64,000 nucleotides of DNA from a bacterium (lineage in GTDB: Bacteria > JADJOY01), in contig JAXLQJ010000024.1 of the NCBI GenBank assembly GCA_046331705.1, positions 1 through 64,000 of the forward strand, in the 5' to 3' direction. Shown here in pieces: positions 1-9,073 of the stretch. Position numbers and translations under genes: made by a program. Numbering within the stretch: the first letter of the stretch is position 1; the number at the start of each line of letters is the position of its first letter. The notes under the pieces were generated by a model. The model did not search any database and was not told the origin of the DNA. It saw nothing but the letters and a program-made list of their open reading frames with translations.

Positions 1-249
1 CTTCCGTGGAGACGCGGAGATAGCCGATCGCTGGTACCGGGTGAGAGGGAATGTCGGGACCTCGGGGAGTGGTCTATTTGTACTACATCTAGACTACATC
101 GGCAAGACTGAAGGCCGGTGGACCTGTACCCCATGGGGTCCCGCGGGGTACACGAGTGGCCCGTGTTCGTACCGGGTATCCGCTACAGACCTACCGAGCG
201 TTGTGTGCGTGGCGCGGTGACCATCTCGCAGCCCCGATAAACGCGGGGC

Positions 250-289
250 TTGACGCCTCCGTCGCAGTAGTTATAGTTGCTGCAGCAAC
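250..289 (+). promoter_or_regulatory. Putative sigma70 promoter with overlapping perfect palindromic operator
   Basis: TTGACG (250-255), 16 bp spacer, TATAGT (272-277). The perfect 14-bp palindrome GTTGCTGCAGCAAC (276-289) overlaps the -10/start region, ~30 bp upstream of the AbrB-domain ATG. Confidence 0.55.
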
Positions 290-319
290 AGCAGCTTCAA
301 CCACTCGAGGGGCTTGAGA

Positions 320-832
320 ATGCGAACAAGAGCCGCGGTAATCGGAAACAGCGTTGGTATGGTCTTCCCCAAGGCCGTGGCCGAGGCAATCGGCATCTCA
401 CGGGACAGTGAACTCGAACTGACGATCCAAGGATCGGCGTTGACCATCCAGTTGATTGGAGCAGGACGGCCCTCCATCCGAACCATCAACTTCCATGATG
501 GCGGCGAGTTGGAGAAGCGCTTCACCGAGCTGGACGGTCTCCTGCGCACGATCTTCCCGGCGGAGCGTGTCCGGACGCTCGAGGGCAGTCTGAGCGTCAC
601 TGATAGCGGGGGGCGCGAGGTCCTGCTCAAGGTCTGTCTCGTGGGCCCCCGCGACACGCCCCGGATAGTGTTCGGCGTGCGTGCAGATCAGGACACCAGC
701 TGGAGCCCCGTCCCACTGCCCTGGTCCGTTCTCGTACGGGGTAAGCCGTTCGACTTGGCTGAGCGCGGCTTCTCGGACCCCTCGATCATGCGCGAGCTTG
801 AGGCAGTGGCTAAGGCTCTCCTCAACCGGTAG
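320..832 (+). CDS. AbrB/MazE/SpoVT-family DNA-binding domain protein with unknown C-terminal domain
   Basis: N-terminus 'AAVIGNSVGMVFPKAVAEAIGISRDSELELTIQGSALTI' fits the swapped-hairpin GNS..PK motif. ATG at 320 (ORF track starts at TTG 314). Confidence 0.7.
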   Translation: MRTRAAVIGNSVGMVFPKAVAEAIGISRDSELELTIQGSALTIQLIGAGRPSIRTINFHDGGELEKRFTELDGLLRTIFPAERVRTLEGSLSVTDSGGREVLLKVCLVGPRDTPRIVFGVRADQDTSWSPVPLPWSVLVRGKPFDLAERGFSDPSIMRELEAVAKALLNR

Positions 833-940
833 CGCGGCCTACCGCGAGGACGGTCGCGACGGGAGGACGGCCACCCGATTGGTGGTGTTAATTCGGATTC
901 ACCATACCGATCGACCAGGTCAGAACCTGACCCCACGCTG

Positions 941-1447
941 ATGGCGCATCGCTTGACACAGGGCGACATCGTGACGAAGAACGATCAGCCTTCCTTCGCC
1001 CAGACCGTCGACATGCTGATGAAGGAGTCAGATCGGGGCGCCCTCTTGGTTGGCATCGCTCTCCTTGATGACGCGCTGGTGGACCTTCTCAAGAAGCTGC
1101 TTCGCCTGGACAAGGAGGTACTCAGACTCTTCGACCCGAACATGCCCCTGGGCTCGTTCAGTTCCAGGATCGAGCTTGCTTGGTCGCTCAACCTTATTAA
1201 CGACCTTGTGCGGCGAGACCTGCACCTCCTCCGCAGGACCCGGAACGATTTCGCTCACCGTCTAGACGTGCTCGACTTCGACACGCCAGCTGTCGGGGAG
1301 CGGCTCCGAACGCTGAACATCCCTGCAGAAGTGCGAGGGACGCCCAACGCAGAGAGTCCCAAGGTCTGCTTCCGACTCTGCCTGATGAGCCTCTATCGAT
1401 ACATCATGAACCGAGTCGAGGGGCACATACCGCTCGGCCAAGAGTGA
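941..1447 (+). CDS. MtlR-like / HEPN-superfamily protein
   Basis: 'ESDRGALLV..ALLDDAL..LL', 'PLGSFSSRIELAWSL' and the Rx4H motif 'RNDFAH'. Confidence 0.75.
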   Translation: MAHRLTQGDIVTKNDQPSFAQTVDMLMKESDRGALLVGIALLDDALVDLLKKLLRLDKEVLRLFDPNMPLGSFSSRIELAWSLNLINDLVRRDLHLLRRTRNDFAHRLDVLDFDTPAVGERLRTLNIPAEVRGTPNAESPKVCFRLCLMSLYRYIMNRVEGHIPLGQE

Positions 1448-1624
1448 CTTCACTCGTCGCTAAGCCTTCGGTGGCCCGGCTCGCCGAGATTCCGCAGCCC
1501 GCTCACTGGCCTCGACGAGAAGGACATCGATGAGCGACCAGCCTTCACTGAGCTTCGGGAACACCACCGGCGCAGAGGGCCGCCCTCAGCGATACATCGC
1601 GCCTTTACTTCTACGGTTCTAGAT

Positions 1625-2530
1625 TTAGTCTACCTCGCGGCGCTTGATCCGAGCAGCGCGGCGGCGGATCTCCTCGATTCCACCTTCGATGCTCGTCGGC
1701 TTCGCGTAGAGCATGGAGCGCATTACTCGGCTCTTGGGGTTGTCTAGGCGGTTCAGGAAGCTCGCCCTTTTCCGGATTATCTCCTTCTCGACCTCTGCAA
1801 GTGGGGGCGGGACGCGGGGGTCTACGAAGACCTGGTCAATGTAGCTCGCCGCCTTGAAGCCGAGGTCGAGGAACCGATTCCCTCCGATCTCCTTGACCAG
1901 GGTCTTTTCGGTTAGTGGCGCTCCAGGGATCGCCACGATGAGACGCACTTCGTTCTCGTGCTTGAAGACCAACCGCTTAATCAGAAGCATCTGAGCGATC
2001 CGTTCGAGATCCGACCGCTCTTCAGGTCCCTCGGCAAGAATTGGCTCGACGGCCGGATTCATGAGCCGAGAGAAACGAGTCGCCAACTCCATGTCCGTCA
2101 CGTACTTCACCGGCCTCACGAACACCTCGGCTCGCATCCGCCCTTTGAGTAGCTCTTGCGTCTTGTCTCGCAACACTCCAACCGTCGTACGGATCCGTAG
2201 GGAGTCTGTGTTCGGCGAATAGATTCGCCACATCGCATCGCTCCGTTTGGCAAGTGTCCAGCACTGACAGAACACATTCGCCGGGCTGAAGCGAAGGGCC
2301 TTCCAGCGATCTGATGAATCGCTGAGTTTGGTGTTGAACACGAACCCGTCAAGCGGATCCTCCCAACTCATCGGATGGGGAAGGAGATTGGATGAACCGT
2401 CGAGGTGAGCGTAGAAGCGCGCACGAGGAACCACCCGATACACAAAGGTGTCATCGTTGATCGTGGCGCCTGGTTCCGCGGGTGCGTCGACCATCGAACT
2501 CCCCTTCAGCAAAGGGTGTGCGCGAGTCAT
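1625..2530 (-). CDS. DUF2971-family protein
   Basis: 'WEDPLDG', 'FCQCWT', 'SDAMWRIYS', 'LRIRTTV' and 'KR..FKHENEVRL' motifs. Confidence 0.75.
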   Translation of the reverse strand: MTRAHPLLKGSSMVDAPAEPGATINDDTFVYRVVPRARFYAHLDGSSNLLPHPMSWEDPLDGFVFNTKLSDSSDRWKALRFSPANVFCQCWTLAKRSDAMWRIYSPNTDSLRIRTTVGVLRDKTQELLKGRMRAEVFVRPVKYVTDMELATRFSRLMNPAVEPILAEGPEERSDLERIAQMLLIKRLVFKHENEVRLIVAIPGAPLTEKTLVKEIGGNRFLDLGFKAASYIDQVFVDPRVPPPLAEVEKEIIRKRASFLNRLDNPKSRVMRSMLYAKPTSIEGGIEEIRRRAARIKRREVD

Positions 2531-2715
2531 TGGACGGGCTTGGGTCCCGATGCTAGCAATGCCGTAGCCCTCACACCAGAGAACAGGTAGCGAATCTGGG
2601 CGGGGGCCAGCGGTCAGGCATCGGCCCGATCGTCTCTGAGCAGACTGCGATTGCGGTTCCGACTCAGCATCTCAGCTCCGAGATACACCGCACTTCCCAT
2701 CGGGACCGCGGCTCC

Positions 2716-3690
2716 TCACCTTTGAGACGAGTGCCGAACCGGGATCCGGGTCGCGGCCCTGATGAGAGCCTCATCACCCCGTTGATCGTACCTTTCGGTC
2801 GTCTGGACGCTGGCGTGGCCGAGGTGCGGCTGCACCGTCGCGAGATCCTCGCCCGCATCGAGCAGGTCCGAGGCACAGCTCCGCCGAAGATCGTGCGGCG
2901 AGAACGCGGGAACACGAGCCTGCCCGGCGCGACGGCGGCATAGCTCGAAGACGGCCTGCATGCTCAAGCGCGTCTCGACACGATCTTTCCCCGTGCCGCG
3001 TCACGGGCAGGAAGCGCGGTCTGATCTGAGCCGCGGATCGAGATCCAATCGCGGAGAGCGAGCTCGGCACCGTTGCCGATGAACACGACCTGCTGCTTGC
3101 CCTTCTTGCCGAGGACGACGAGCTCGCAGGTCTCGATTCCCATGAATCGAGATCGAGACCGACGGCCTCGGCGCGGCGAAGCCCACCGGCGTAGAGCACG
3201 CCCACGAGCGCAGCGTCGCGCTGGCCGATGACGCTGCCATCGAGGCAGACCCCAACTAGTGCGTGGAACTCAAGCCGGTGACAGCGCACGGCTACGAGGA
3301 AGCCGCTCGCCCCGCACTGACTTCATGGTCGACGACCCGCCGGTAGTCGTCGCCCTCGACGAGCCCGAGATTCCACGCGGCCTTCACGACCTCGCGGATC
3401 GCGACGAGGCTCTGGTTCGCGGCACCTCGGCTGTAGCGCTCACCGAGCCGAGCGCGAAGCGCCTGGACGTGCTGGAATCGGAGCTCGTGCCACAAACGCG
3501 ATCCGGGGACGAGAGTGCCGCCCCTCACCCACCGAGTCGACGAGCCCCGCGGCGACTCGGTTGAGGGCGGCATGCATCGCCCGCGTCGAGTTCGGGCGAA
3601 GGCCGCTCAAGTGGACGAAGACGCCATTCTGGGCGGGGGTGCTGGTGATCGGTACGAGCTCGAGATCGGCCGCGACACCGTGGTCGACGA
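2716..3690 (-). pseudogene. Frameshifted tyrosine recombinase/integrase
   Basis: Pieces lie in several frames: N-terminal 'VHLSGLRPNSTRAMHAALNRVA' and 'WHELRFQHVQALRARL...AAWNLGL'; box I 'RDAALVGVLYAGGLRRAEAVGL'; box II 'SPHDLRRSCASDLLDAGEDLATVQPHLGHASVQTTERYD'. The 5' limit is approximate. Confidence 0.85.
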
Positions 3691-3725
3691 CACGATCACG
3701 GGCTTCGACAGCCACCGAGACCTCG

Positions 3726-5651
3726 TCAAAGTTGCCTGCTGCCACTTGAGGGCCGATCATCAGCCAGCAGGTCTCTCAGCCAGTCAGCCCTCGCGCGGAG
3801 GTCGCCCAGAATACACCAGGGCAATGCGCGGGCGTCGAGCGTAGGCGCCGAATTCACAGCACAAGGGACGTCCGTGCACGTGCTGCCAGCTACCGGGCCG
3901 AACTCGACGCGGAACGGCCAGCTTTGTCCCGCGACCACCTCTCGAAGGTCGTTGAGTTCTTCGCCCACGACCGCCCGGAAGAACCCTTGCGCATGCAACT
4001 GATGCACAACGGTGCCGCGAGTCGCCAAGACTGGGTTTATCTGGACCACATCCTCCACTTGAAGATGCATACGCAGCGCTTGCAAGCTGTCGAGCACGTC
4101 ACGGAGATCATCCTCGGGACTCATCAAGGGCTTGCCCGCGAGCAAGAACACCCGGAGTCCGATGTTCATCGAGGTACGTCGATCGAGTAGAGCCTGGAGT
4201 TCGATCGGGCTGAAGGGCGAGCGGGTGACGTAACGCCGTACCGACGGGTCCATCGACTGGATTCCCACAGACACGCGAATCCTGCAGCCAGGCGGGAGGG
4301 CGGCCGCGAGCACCGAGATGGCACGCGCCGTCACGAACTGGGGGAGCGACTCGATCTCGAGCTGGTGAAGCGGCCATCGGGACACTTCTTTGACCAGCGC
4401 GATTCGCTCTACCGGTGTGAGCTCCCGGTCGTCGAGAAAGGACCCATCGGTGTAGATCGCGACGCGGCGGACCTCCTCCGCAGCATGCTGCCTGATGCCT
4501 TCAAGGACCTCATTGATTGTCGCCTTCGCGTGAGCGAGCACCGGCAACATGCAGAAGCTGCAGCTCGGCACGCGACACCCGCCGGTTCCAACGATGAGCT
4601 TCAGGCGGCCGCGTGACGCATCGAATGACTCGTACCGTACAGCTTGGGTCGAACGGTCGAGGCTCACGTCGCGTGAGGGCGGGCGAGCCGCGATCTCGGC
4701 GCCGTCTTCGGTCGCGATCAAGCGGCCGATCGTGGTGGATATCAGTCCACGGGGGTCAATCTCAGCCTGCTCGACGACAACACCGCCCGACTGCAGGTGC
4801 GCTTCGAGCTCGTCCAGTTCGGAGCCGCTTCGCCACAGGATACTCGTTACGTCCGCACCCATGACCTCCGGCCAGAGCTTCGCCGTCCTGAGATGGAGCC
4901 TATGCAGCACCGCTCGGATCGAGAGGTCGGGCCACGTTACTTCGTCGTTCGCTCTGAGGCCCAACGTCGCGGACACGGCGTTTCGGAAGCGAATGAGCTC
5001 TTGCACGATCTCCGGAGCCTCCGAGCCCGCCGCACGCAACGCGCAGATGCCGGGACTACCTTCGGCGAAGGGAACGCGCCGCATCTGGTTCAGCAGCGCA
5101 ATGGGCAGCACGACCGACAGGTGGACGAGCGCGTAGGTGGCGACAGCGGGCCGTGACTCCCGGCACGCCTCGCGCAAATCAAGTAACCCGAGGATCTCCG
5201 CAGTGTGGAAGCGAGCCCTGCCGGCGCACGCTTGATCGCTCGTGATGAGACACTTTACGCGGTCGAGCCAGCACCGTTGCTCGCGCAGGGTGATCGTCGC
5301 CTCGTCCCGCACGGCGATCGCCGTCGCCAAGCGGTAGGCCCAGGGCGCACGCGCCCCCAGATGATGCAGGGACCTCAGAGTGACGTGGTTGGCATCAAGA
5401 TCGACGTCGCCATGCCGGAGGCGTCGGTAGTGTTCTGTGACCGGAGCCTTCCGGGCCTGGGTGACGAGGATCAGATCGATGTCGCTGTCGGCCCGCGCCA
5501 TTCCAAGCGCGCGGCTTCCGAACACCAAGGTCGTCAGGAGCGCCTGCTCGTCAATGCTGAACGCCTCTAGCGCGGTGCAAATGCAGTCGCGGAGTGCGCC
5601 GGGCTCTAGCCCTCGGGAATCGAACGCCGGATGCACCATCGTCACTTCCAC
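3726..5651 (-). CDS. Pol-beta-type nucleotidyltransferase fused to a RaSEA/Elp3-like radical SAM domain
   Basis: N-terminal 'LVFGSRALG...DSDIDLILV' (GS..DxD). C-terminal 'GGCRVPSCSFC' (CX4CX2C), 'IYTDGSFLDDRE', 'IESLPQFV', 'VSVGIQS', 'FLLAGKP'. Alternative ATG start at 5639. Confidence 0.8.
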   Translation of the reverse strand: MEVTMVHPAFDSRGLEPGALRDCICTALEAFSIDEQALLTTLVFGSRALGMARADSDIDLILVTQARKAPVTEHYRRLRHGDVDLDANHVTLRSLHHLGARAPWAYRLATAIAVRDEATITLREQRCWLDRVKCLITSDQACAGRARFHTAEILGLLDLREACRESRPAVATYALVHLSVVLPIALLNQMRRVPFAEGSPGICALRAAGSEAPEIVQELIRFRNAVSATLGLRANDEVTWPDLSIRAVLHRLHLRTAKLWPEVMGADVTSILWRSGSELDELEAHLQSGGVVVEQAEIDPRGLISTTIGRLIATEDGAEIAARPPSRDVSLDRSTQAVRYESFDASRGRLKLIVGTGGCRVPSCSFCMLPVLAHAKATINEVLEGIRQHAAEEVRRVAIYTDGSFLDDRELTPVERIALVKEVSRWPLHQLEIESLPQFVTARAISVLAAALPPGCRIRVSVGIQSMDPSVRRYVTRSPFSPIELQALLDRRTSMNIGLRVFLLAGKPLMSPEDDLRDVLDSLQALRMHLQVEDVVQINPVLATRGTVVHQLHAQGFFRAVVGEELNDLREVVAGQSWPFRVEFGPVAGSTCTDVPCAVNSAPTLDARALPWCILGDLRARADWLRDLLADDRPSSGSRQL

Positions 5652-7261
5652 GTTGGTGGATATGCGTACTTCGTGACGGTGGTGCTCTGGAATTCGAGGA
5701 GCGCTGCACTGTCCACTCTCCTAGAGTCGGAGATGGGTGCCCACGCCGTGGCAAGCCTTTCGTCCGTCGGGCGCTTAATGGTCCCGAGGCTCCGGGCGAA
5801 CTCGAACACTTCAGCAATAGTGGCCCCGTCGCACACGCGTGCGGCGCGCGCGACGTTAGACAGGTTGGGTCTGGCTATCCTAAGGAGGTGCTCTCGTTCC
5901 TGGACGTTCGGGAGTCCCACAGGCAGGACGTAGTCGAAGCGCCCGGGACGGCGGCCGGCAGGATCAAGCTTTTCGACGTGATTCGTCGCGAGGATCGGCA
6001 GCACGGACATTGCGTCGTGGAACTCCTGCAGTTCGGGCAGCATCACGTTCGTCAACCACCCAGCTTGAATATCCCCTGCCTGACGGTCCACGATCAGCAG
6101 CTCCAATTCGTCGAACAGCACGACGCACTTCGAGAGGTCGTGCAGTTGTCGGAAGAGGGTCTTGATTGTTCGGACCAGATTTGGGCTGCCGTCCACGAGG
6201 AAGTCCGCCGTCGAAAGCCGCACGAAATCCCAGCCCAGGCGTTTGGCGATCGTCTGAGCAATCGTCGTCTTTCCGGTGCCTGGCGGACCGAACAAGACAA
6301 TGCCGTTCCCAGTGGACTTGCCCAGACACCCCCCGTCCGCGACTGGCTTTAATAGGCGCTCCTCAAGCCGTTCCGGCCACCTGTAACCGCCGCACACAAG
6401 CCCGTCGTAGCTGACGTCTGGTGTCGGGACGCGGGCGTCAAACCTGTGCTTCGCCGCGCGGTCGACCTGGTCTTGGCAGAAGCGCTCGAGCTCGAACAAG
6501 AAGACCGCGACCAGGGCATTGAACCAAGCCTCGTACCTTCCGTGGTCCGGATAGAGATCCGACTGGAAGACCCGGACGACCTTTCCCGTCCCCGTCTCCA
6601 ACCTCCGTGACCTTGCCTCCAGCCAGTCAAGCGTCGCGTGGAAGTGGTGCCCGTGGTCGACCAACAAGGGACGCACGCCATCGCACTGCAACAGGCGCAC
6701 GAGCGCCTCGATTCCGGAGCAGCCCACGGCGTCGGTCCCCACGCGTACGATGGTCGACTGGGCTACAGTGGTAAGCGAGGAACCATCCAGGCACAGCCCC
6801 AAGACGCTCTTGCGTTCCTGGGGAAGGAGTGGGCCATGACTGAACTCCGCGTCTGAGACCAAGGCCAGCGCGAGCAGACAGCGGTCGATCGCTAGCGCGT
6901 CGCCGAGCGCGTTTCGCGAGATCATTCGATCGATGTCCCGCTGAGCCTGCTCGCCAACCCGGACCTCGATGTCGATGGGTAACGGATCCAGCTTGCGCAG
7001 TCCCAGTGCGGCGCGAAGGACGAGCGGTAGGTACCGCGACAAGGCAGCGGAGGTGTCGTCTCTGAGCCAGGCCTGCAGCTCCCGCCTTGCACGGTCGCGC
7101 AGACTCTCATCGATCTGGTTCCACACCGACGACGGCAGGTCGAGGACAGCACGCCCGGTGGAAAACACCGCAGCCTCGAGGTTGTCACTCCCGAACGAGT
7201 TCCAGGGTGGCCCGGAATCGATCACCTTCTCCGCCAGGGTAGCGAGGCAGATGGCCTCCAA
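5642..7261 (-). CDS. AAA+ ATPase (classical clade) with helical N-terminal region
   Basis: Walker A GPPGTGKTT, Walker B VVLFDE, sensor-1 ATN, second region of homology 'LDPAGRRPGRFD'. The TTG start is uncertain. Confidence 0.85.
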   Translation of the reverse strand: MEAICLATLAEKVIDSGPPWNSFGSDNLEAAVFSTGRAVLDLPSSVWNQIDESLRDRARRELQAWLRDDTSAALSRYLPLVLRAALGLRKLDPLPIDIEVRVGEQAQRDIDRMISRNALGDALAIDRCLLALALVSDAEFSHGPLLPQERKSVLGLCLDGSSLTTVAQSTIVRVGTDAVGCSGIEALVRLLQCDGVRPLLVDHGHHFHATLDWLEARSRRLETGTGKVVRVFQSDLYPDHGRYEAWFNALVAVFLFELERFCQDQVDRAAKHRFDARVPTPDVSYDGLVCGGYRWPERLEERLLKPVADGGCLGKSTGNGIVLFGPPGTGKTTIAQTIAKRLGWDFVRLSTADFLVDGSPNLVRTIKTLFRQLHDLSKCVVLFDELELLIVDRQAGDIQAGWLTNVMLPELQEFHDAMSVLPILATNHVEKLDPAGRRPGRFDYVLPVGLPNVQEREHLLRIARPNLSNVARAARVCDGATIAEVFEFARSLGTIKRPTDERLATAWAPISDSRRVDSAALLEFQSTTVTKYAYPPTWK

Positions 7262-8669
7262 CCGACCGAACTCAAGGCGGCTTCGCTCTTGTGCAACTCA
7301 GCAGCCTCAAGCAGCACAGTGCGTGACAGCATCCCCTACACGTAGGTCCGCGCAGCTTCCGCGTCGAGCAGACGCACGACATGCTCGTCGCGCAACCAGA
7401 GCTCGAACATGTCCGATGGATTGGAGTTAAAGCCCTCGCACGCGCCTCACCAGATCTTTCATCAGCCCTCAGTGCCAGCCTATCTCCACTCGTTTAGCTG
7501 CTAGTCCTGCTGTAGGATTGAAACAGGAGTCTTGCTCGTGCGGGAGGGGAGGGGTGAGGTGAGCAGTGACCCAGATGGGGCCAGTAGTATTCGGCGGGAC
7601 ACGTGGCCGGCGTGCCGTCAAGGACGGCTATACGTCTATGAGCAAGAGGCCATCGACTCGTGCCTGTCGAATCTGCCGAGCTGGCGGGTGCCGACGTCTG
7701 CGTGTCGGGATCCGGGGATCAGGCCTTCAACGCCTTTGCATACGGTGCGAACGCGTGACCCTTTCGACATCAATTCCCACGCGAAGGCCTGGTCGCTCTC
7801 AAGCGCGCCGCCATTGAAACCTGGACCTCGAGTCGTTTCTGGCGTTCTTCGGGGATTCGATCCGAGGGCGCCGCCGTCCCTGGAGTTCACAGCTCTACGC
7901 GCGACTCCGGTCTGCAACCTCACGGCTGAGACACGGCGCTTCTGGGATCAGGCCTATGCGTGCTGTGCCGGCTCCGGAGCGCGACTAGCGGCGTCCGGCC
8001 TGTTCCACCTGCGGCCGTTCCACAGGCTACCACTGGGCCTGTTCGTCGATACCTCCGATCGAACACGGAGTATGCGCGCACACCGACACCTCCTAGGCGA
8101 GGGCGTGCTCGAGACGATCGACGCGACCTGCTCGAGCTATCCGGGCGGGTCGCTCGCGAATTCGATCTCGTCTCCCTATCCAACGTGCCGAATCTTCTTC
8201 TGCGGGCCGGCTTCTCCACGAGCCCACGTCGCCGCATTTGGCTTGTTCTGTGCCGCCAGTCTGCGGCCGCTCCTTGAAGGAGGGGCAGGAGCATCGCCAT
8301 GTACGCCTACTCTGCGTCCGTGTATCCGAACGACGACGTGCGGTTTCTTCCTCCTCTCTCTCACATGCGAAGCAGCAGCGCGCTCTCGGGGGCACGCCGG
8401 GCTTGCGCCTGTCGGAGGTTCGCTTCAGGGGCTGCCAGGGTGGGCGGGACCTCATGATCCGACTGCAGCGAGTTGCGGGACGCCCGGGTCCAACGTGCGC
8501 CCTCGCGGTGCCGTGCAGCCTGCGGCGGACAGGTGCGCCAAACGCCGCTTGAATCGCGTAGATGGTGAGGCAGCCCTCGCTCGCCAGCAGGTGAAATGGC
8601 GCCACCCGGCGGTCGTCGACGCTCGTCACGTCCCAGCAGTACCGACGGTACGGCTCCAAGTATCCGAGC

Positions 8670-9073
8670 CGATCGCGGTGCTGGTGACGCCCAGCTCGAA
8701 GCCCGCGGCCGAGGCCTACGTCGACAAGCTCTTTGCGGCTGCGGCGGACGCCGACCCCGAGATTCCGCCCTTCGCGGGTCTCGCCCGCTACCACACGTCC
8801 GACGCACTCGCCTCGCTCCGCTGGACGCTCGGAGAAGCCAAGGGCAAGCCCGAAGCGGCCCTTCTGCTCGCGCCCCTCGGCGCGGCGCTCCACGACGAGC
8901 GTCCCATGGTGCGTCGCGAGCTCACCTCGGATCTCGGCGTGCTCGGCCCCCTCGCCCTCCCGTTGCTGCCGCAGCTGCTCGACGGGTTCATCAAGAAGAC
9001 GCAGGAGACCCCCGACTCGGATCTCAAGCTGGCACGAGATCGGCGTCGCAGGCTCGTGGGAGGTGGACGATGA
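8670..9073 (+). pseudogene. Chimeric remnant: HEAT-like fragment joined to the C-terminal tail of a RelE/Gp49-type toxin
   Basis: 'LGAALHDERPMVRRELTSDLGVLGPLALPLLPQL' (HEAT-like) runs into 'LLDGFIKKTQETPDSDLKLARDRRR'. Its stop overlaps the antitoxin ATG (ATGA). Confidence 0.6.

Noticed and set aside
3726-7261. Calling the NTase plus AAA+ pair a CBASS system
   Set aside because: The NTase looks like a minimal/KNTase-type domain rather than a CD-NTase, and no HORMA or Cap effector gene is present.
7532-9073. 513-aa ORF as one real gene
   Set aside because: The first ~370 aa have no recognisable motifs and atypical composition. Only the 3' end is protein-like, and it is chimeric.
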